A stretch of DNA of 64,000 nt. It comes from Eledone cirrhosa. Taxonomy: Eukaryota. The notes beneath the pieces are model-generated. The model saw only the letters and a list, made by a program, of their open reading frames with translations, did no database searches and was not told where the DNA came from. The number at the start of each line of letters is the position of its first letter. The first letter of the stretch is position 1. Shown one piece after another: positions 62,448-64,000 of this stretch. The translations under genes were made by a program, and so were the position numbers. The DNA is taken from assembly GCA_964016885.1 (NCBI GenBank), contig OZ024755.1, positions 36,208,001 through 36,272,000 of the forward strand, in the 5' to 3' direction.

Positions 62448-63639
62448 ATGACCATACTTAGAATAGTATAAATGTACGTGGCCTGGGGTCATCTTGGAAG
62501 CAAGGTCACTGCTCAATGACCTCAGGTCACTAAACATAGATGTGGTGGCCATCAGCGAGACCAGAATCTCCGAAGCACGAGCCTTCACACCGATCTTCGG
62601 TGGCTACGATGTATACGCATTTCCCAGCCATCCAGGATCGGGGGGAGAAGTTGCCGTGCTTTTTCAGAGAGGCTTGGTAGTCGACTACACGGACCACACA
62701 TTTGTGATCTCTGAAGTTGACTTAGATAGACTCCAAGGGCAAGGGCCTGGCTACTGGAAGCTGAACGCGTCGTTCCCGGCGCGCAAAGCTTACAGAGACC
62801 GGATTAGCGAATTAGTTAAGCGTGCGTTGACGGGTGCGATCGTCAACAACAGGTGGTTTACCCTGAAAAGGGCTATTAGAGTAGAATCGATAAGGTTTAG
62901 CAAAGGAGTAGTGATAGAGGAAAATAGAGTAGAGGGAGAGTTAGTTATAAAGCTAGAAAAGGCGTTTAGGACAGGCATCGCAACCGATGTACTAGCGGCG
63001 AGATTGGCACTCGACCAATTCTTCAACGCACAGCTTGAAGGCTGCGTTGTCAGAGCTAGAGTGCGTGCTCTAAGACATGAGGGGACAAAAGCCATTCAAT
63101 GGGCCCAGGAGGTGGAGGCGCGACATGGCAACAAGTCCACAATTCGGTCTTTGCCTGATCAAAACGAGCACATGTTGCTCGAACCCAAGCAGAAGTGTGC
63201 GGCTTTTCAACAGCACTTTGCTCAATTGTTCGGGAGAAGCGGCGGGCCGGATCGGAGTATGGACTTCGGTGCATACCTCGACGACTGACTTGTGGAGCTA
63301 TGTCGAACAGCTGCTGTCACATGTAGGACAGATCCGGTTATCGATTGAGTCCATTGTGCAGATAGCCCTGCCATCTCCTTTAAAGAGGAGGAAGGGCAGG
63401 CAGTTTTCATCTGCCTGGTGGCCATGGCGAAAGAGATTGTGTGGTGGACAAGGTTGAAAGGGTTGAAGATGGACACTTTCCTCTTCGGCCAATCCCAGAT
63501 TTACTTTTTCAAGTTTCACTTGAAGAGGAAAATCAGGGTGGAGAGGCAAGTGCTGTCTTCTAGTAAGTTTGCTGAAAGGTGGGTGAAAGTAGCGAATCTG
63601 GTCCGAGTGAACGGGCCCGCTCTGAGTATTCGCCTGTAG
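62448..63639 (+). pseudogene. LINE ORF2 remnant: APE endonuclease ends, linker and C-terminus; no RT
   Basis: NVRGL, DVVAISETR, YTDH, GPGYWKLN, then a jump at about 63286 to DLWSYVEQLL..AKEIVWWTR. Confidence 0.85.
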
Positions 63640-64000
63640 ATTGAGGAGTGGGAAAACTGAGAGAGGGCGCTTGCCCTGGTGGTCAGGGTGGCCATGGTCT
63701 TTTTGTGTGGTTTTCACCACGAGTAACCCTCGGAGGTTTCCCTCTTTTTGGGGGGATTTTTGTTGTTTTAATATTTTTAATTTCTAGCCCGATTTTGTTA
63801 TAACTTGTTTACATGAACAAAACCGACTTTGTACTGTTCTGTGCCGTCTCTAATGTTAGCCCTTGTGGCCAATAAAGAAACCATTATTATTATTATTATT
63901 ATTACTATTATTATTATTGTTGTTGTTATTACTCTTTGAGTCTCAGTCATTGATGTTAGTTAACTGGAAAGTTTGTTGAAATGAATATCAAGCCACTACC

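Larger units (their letters stand above)
60377..63916 (+). mobile_element. Tx1-type (L1 group) LINE, both ends present, RT deleted
   Basis: ORF1, ORF2 remnants, 3' UTR and (ATT)n tail; candidate TSD ttgttgttgttat at 60364-60376 and 63917-63929. Confidence 0.85.

Overview
Repeat-saturated, AT-rich animal genomic DNA; the SINE, LINE and microsatellite repertoire suggests a cephalopod such as Octopus (inference). No intact host gene is supported, and most track ORFs are microsatellite or minisatellite artefacts. Recognisable coding remnants are a 5'-truncated Penelope-like element (PLE; RT C-terminus plus GIY-YIG, 35312-37705), an internally deleted Tx1-type LINE (60377-63916), RTE, CR1 and CRE LINE fragments, and scattered decayed frames weakly resembling very-large-GTPase (GVIN1/URG4-like) proteins. 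Non-autonomous elements include three SINE families, TTAA (piggyBac-type) and hAT MITEs, and Helitrons. Four structural themes stand out. (1) About eight PLE terminal fragments sit in (TA)n tracts, many folded back and carrying hammerhead ribozyme folds, three sharing an unusual U.U / GAAACAAYUGUU signature. (2) About 13 minisatellites are each amplified from an internal piece of a different transposon. (3) A mosaic inverted segmental duplication links about 22-34 kb with about 44-51 kb. (4) Two SINE families share 3' tails with resident RTE and Tx1 LINEs. Coordinates were read by eye and may be off by a few bases.
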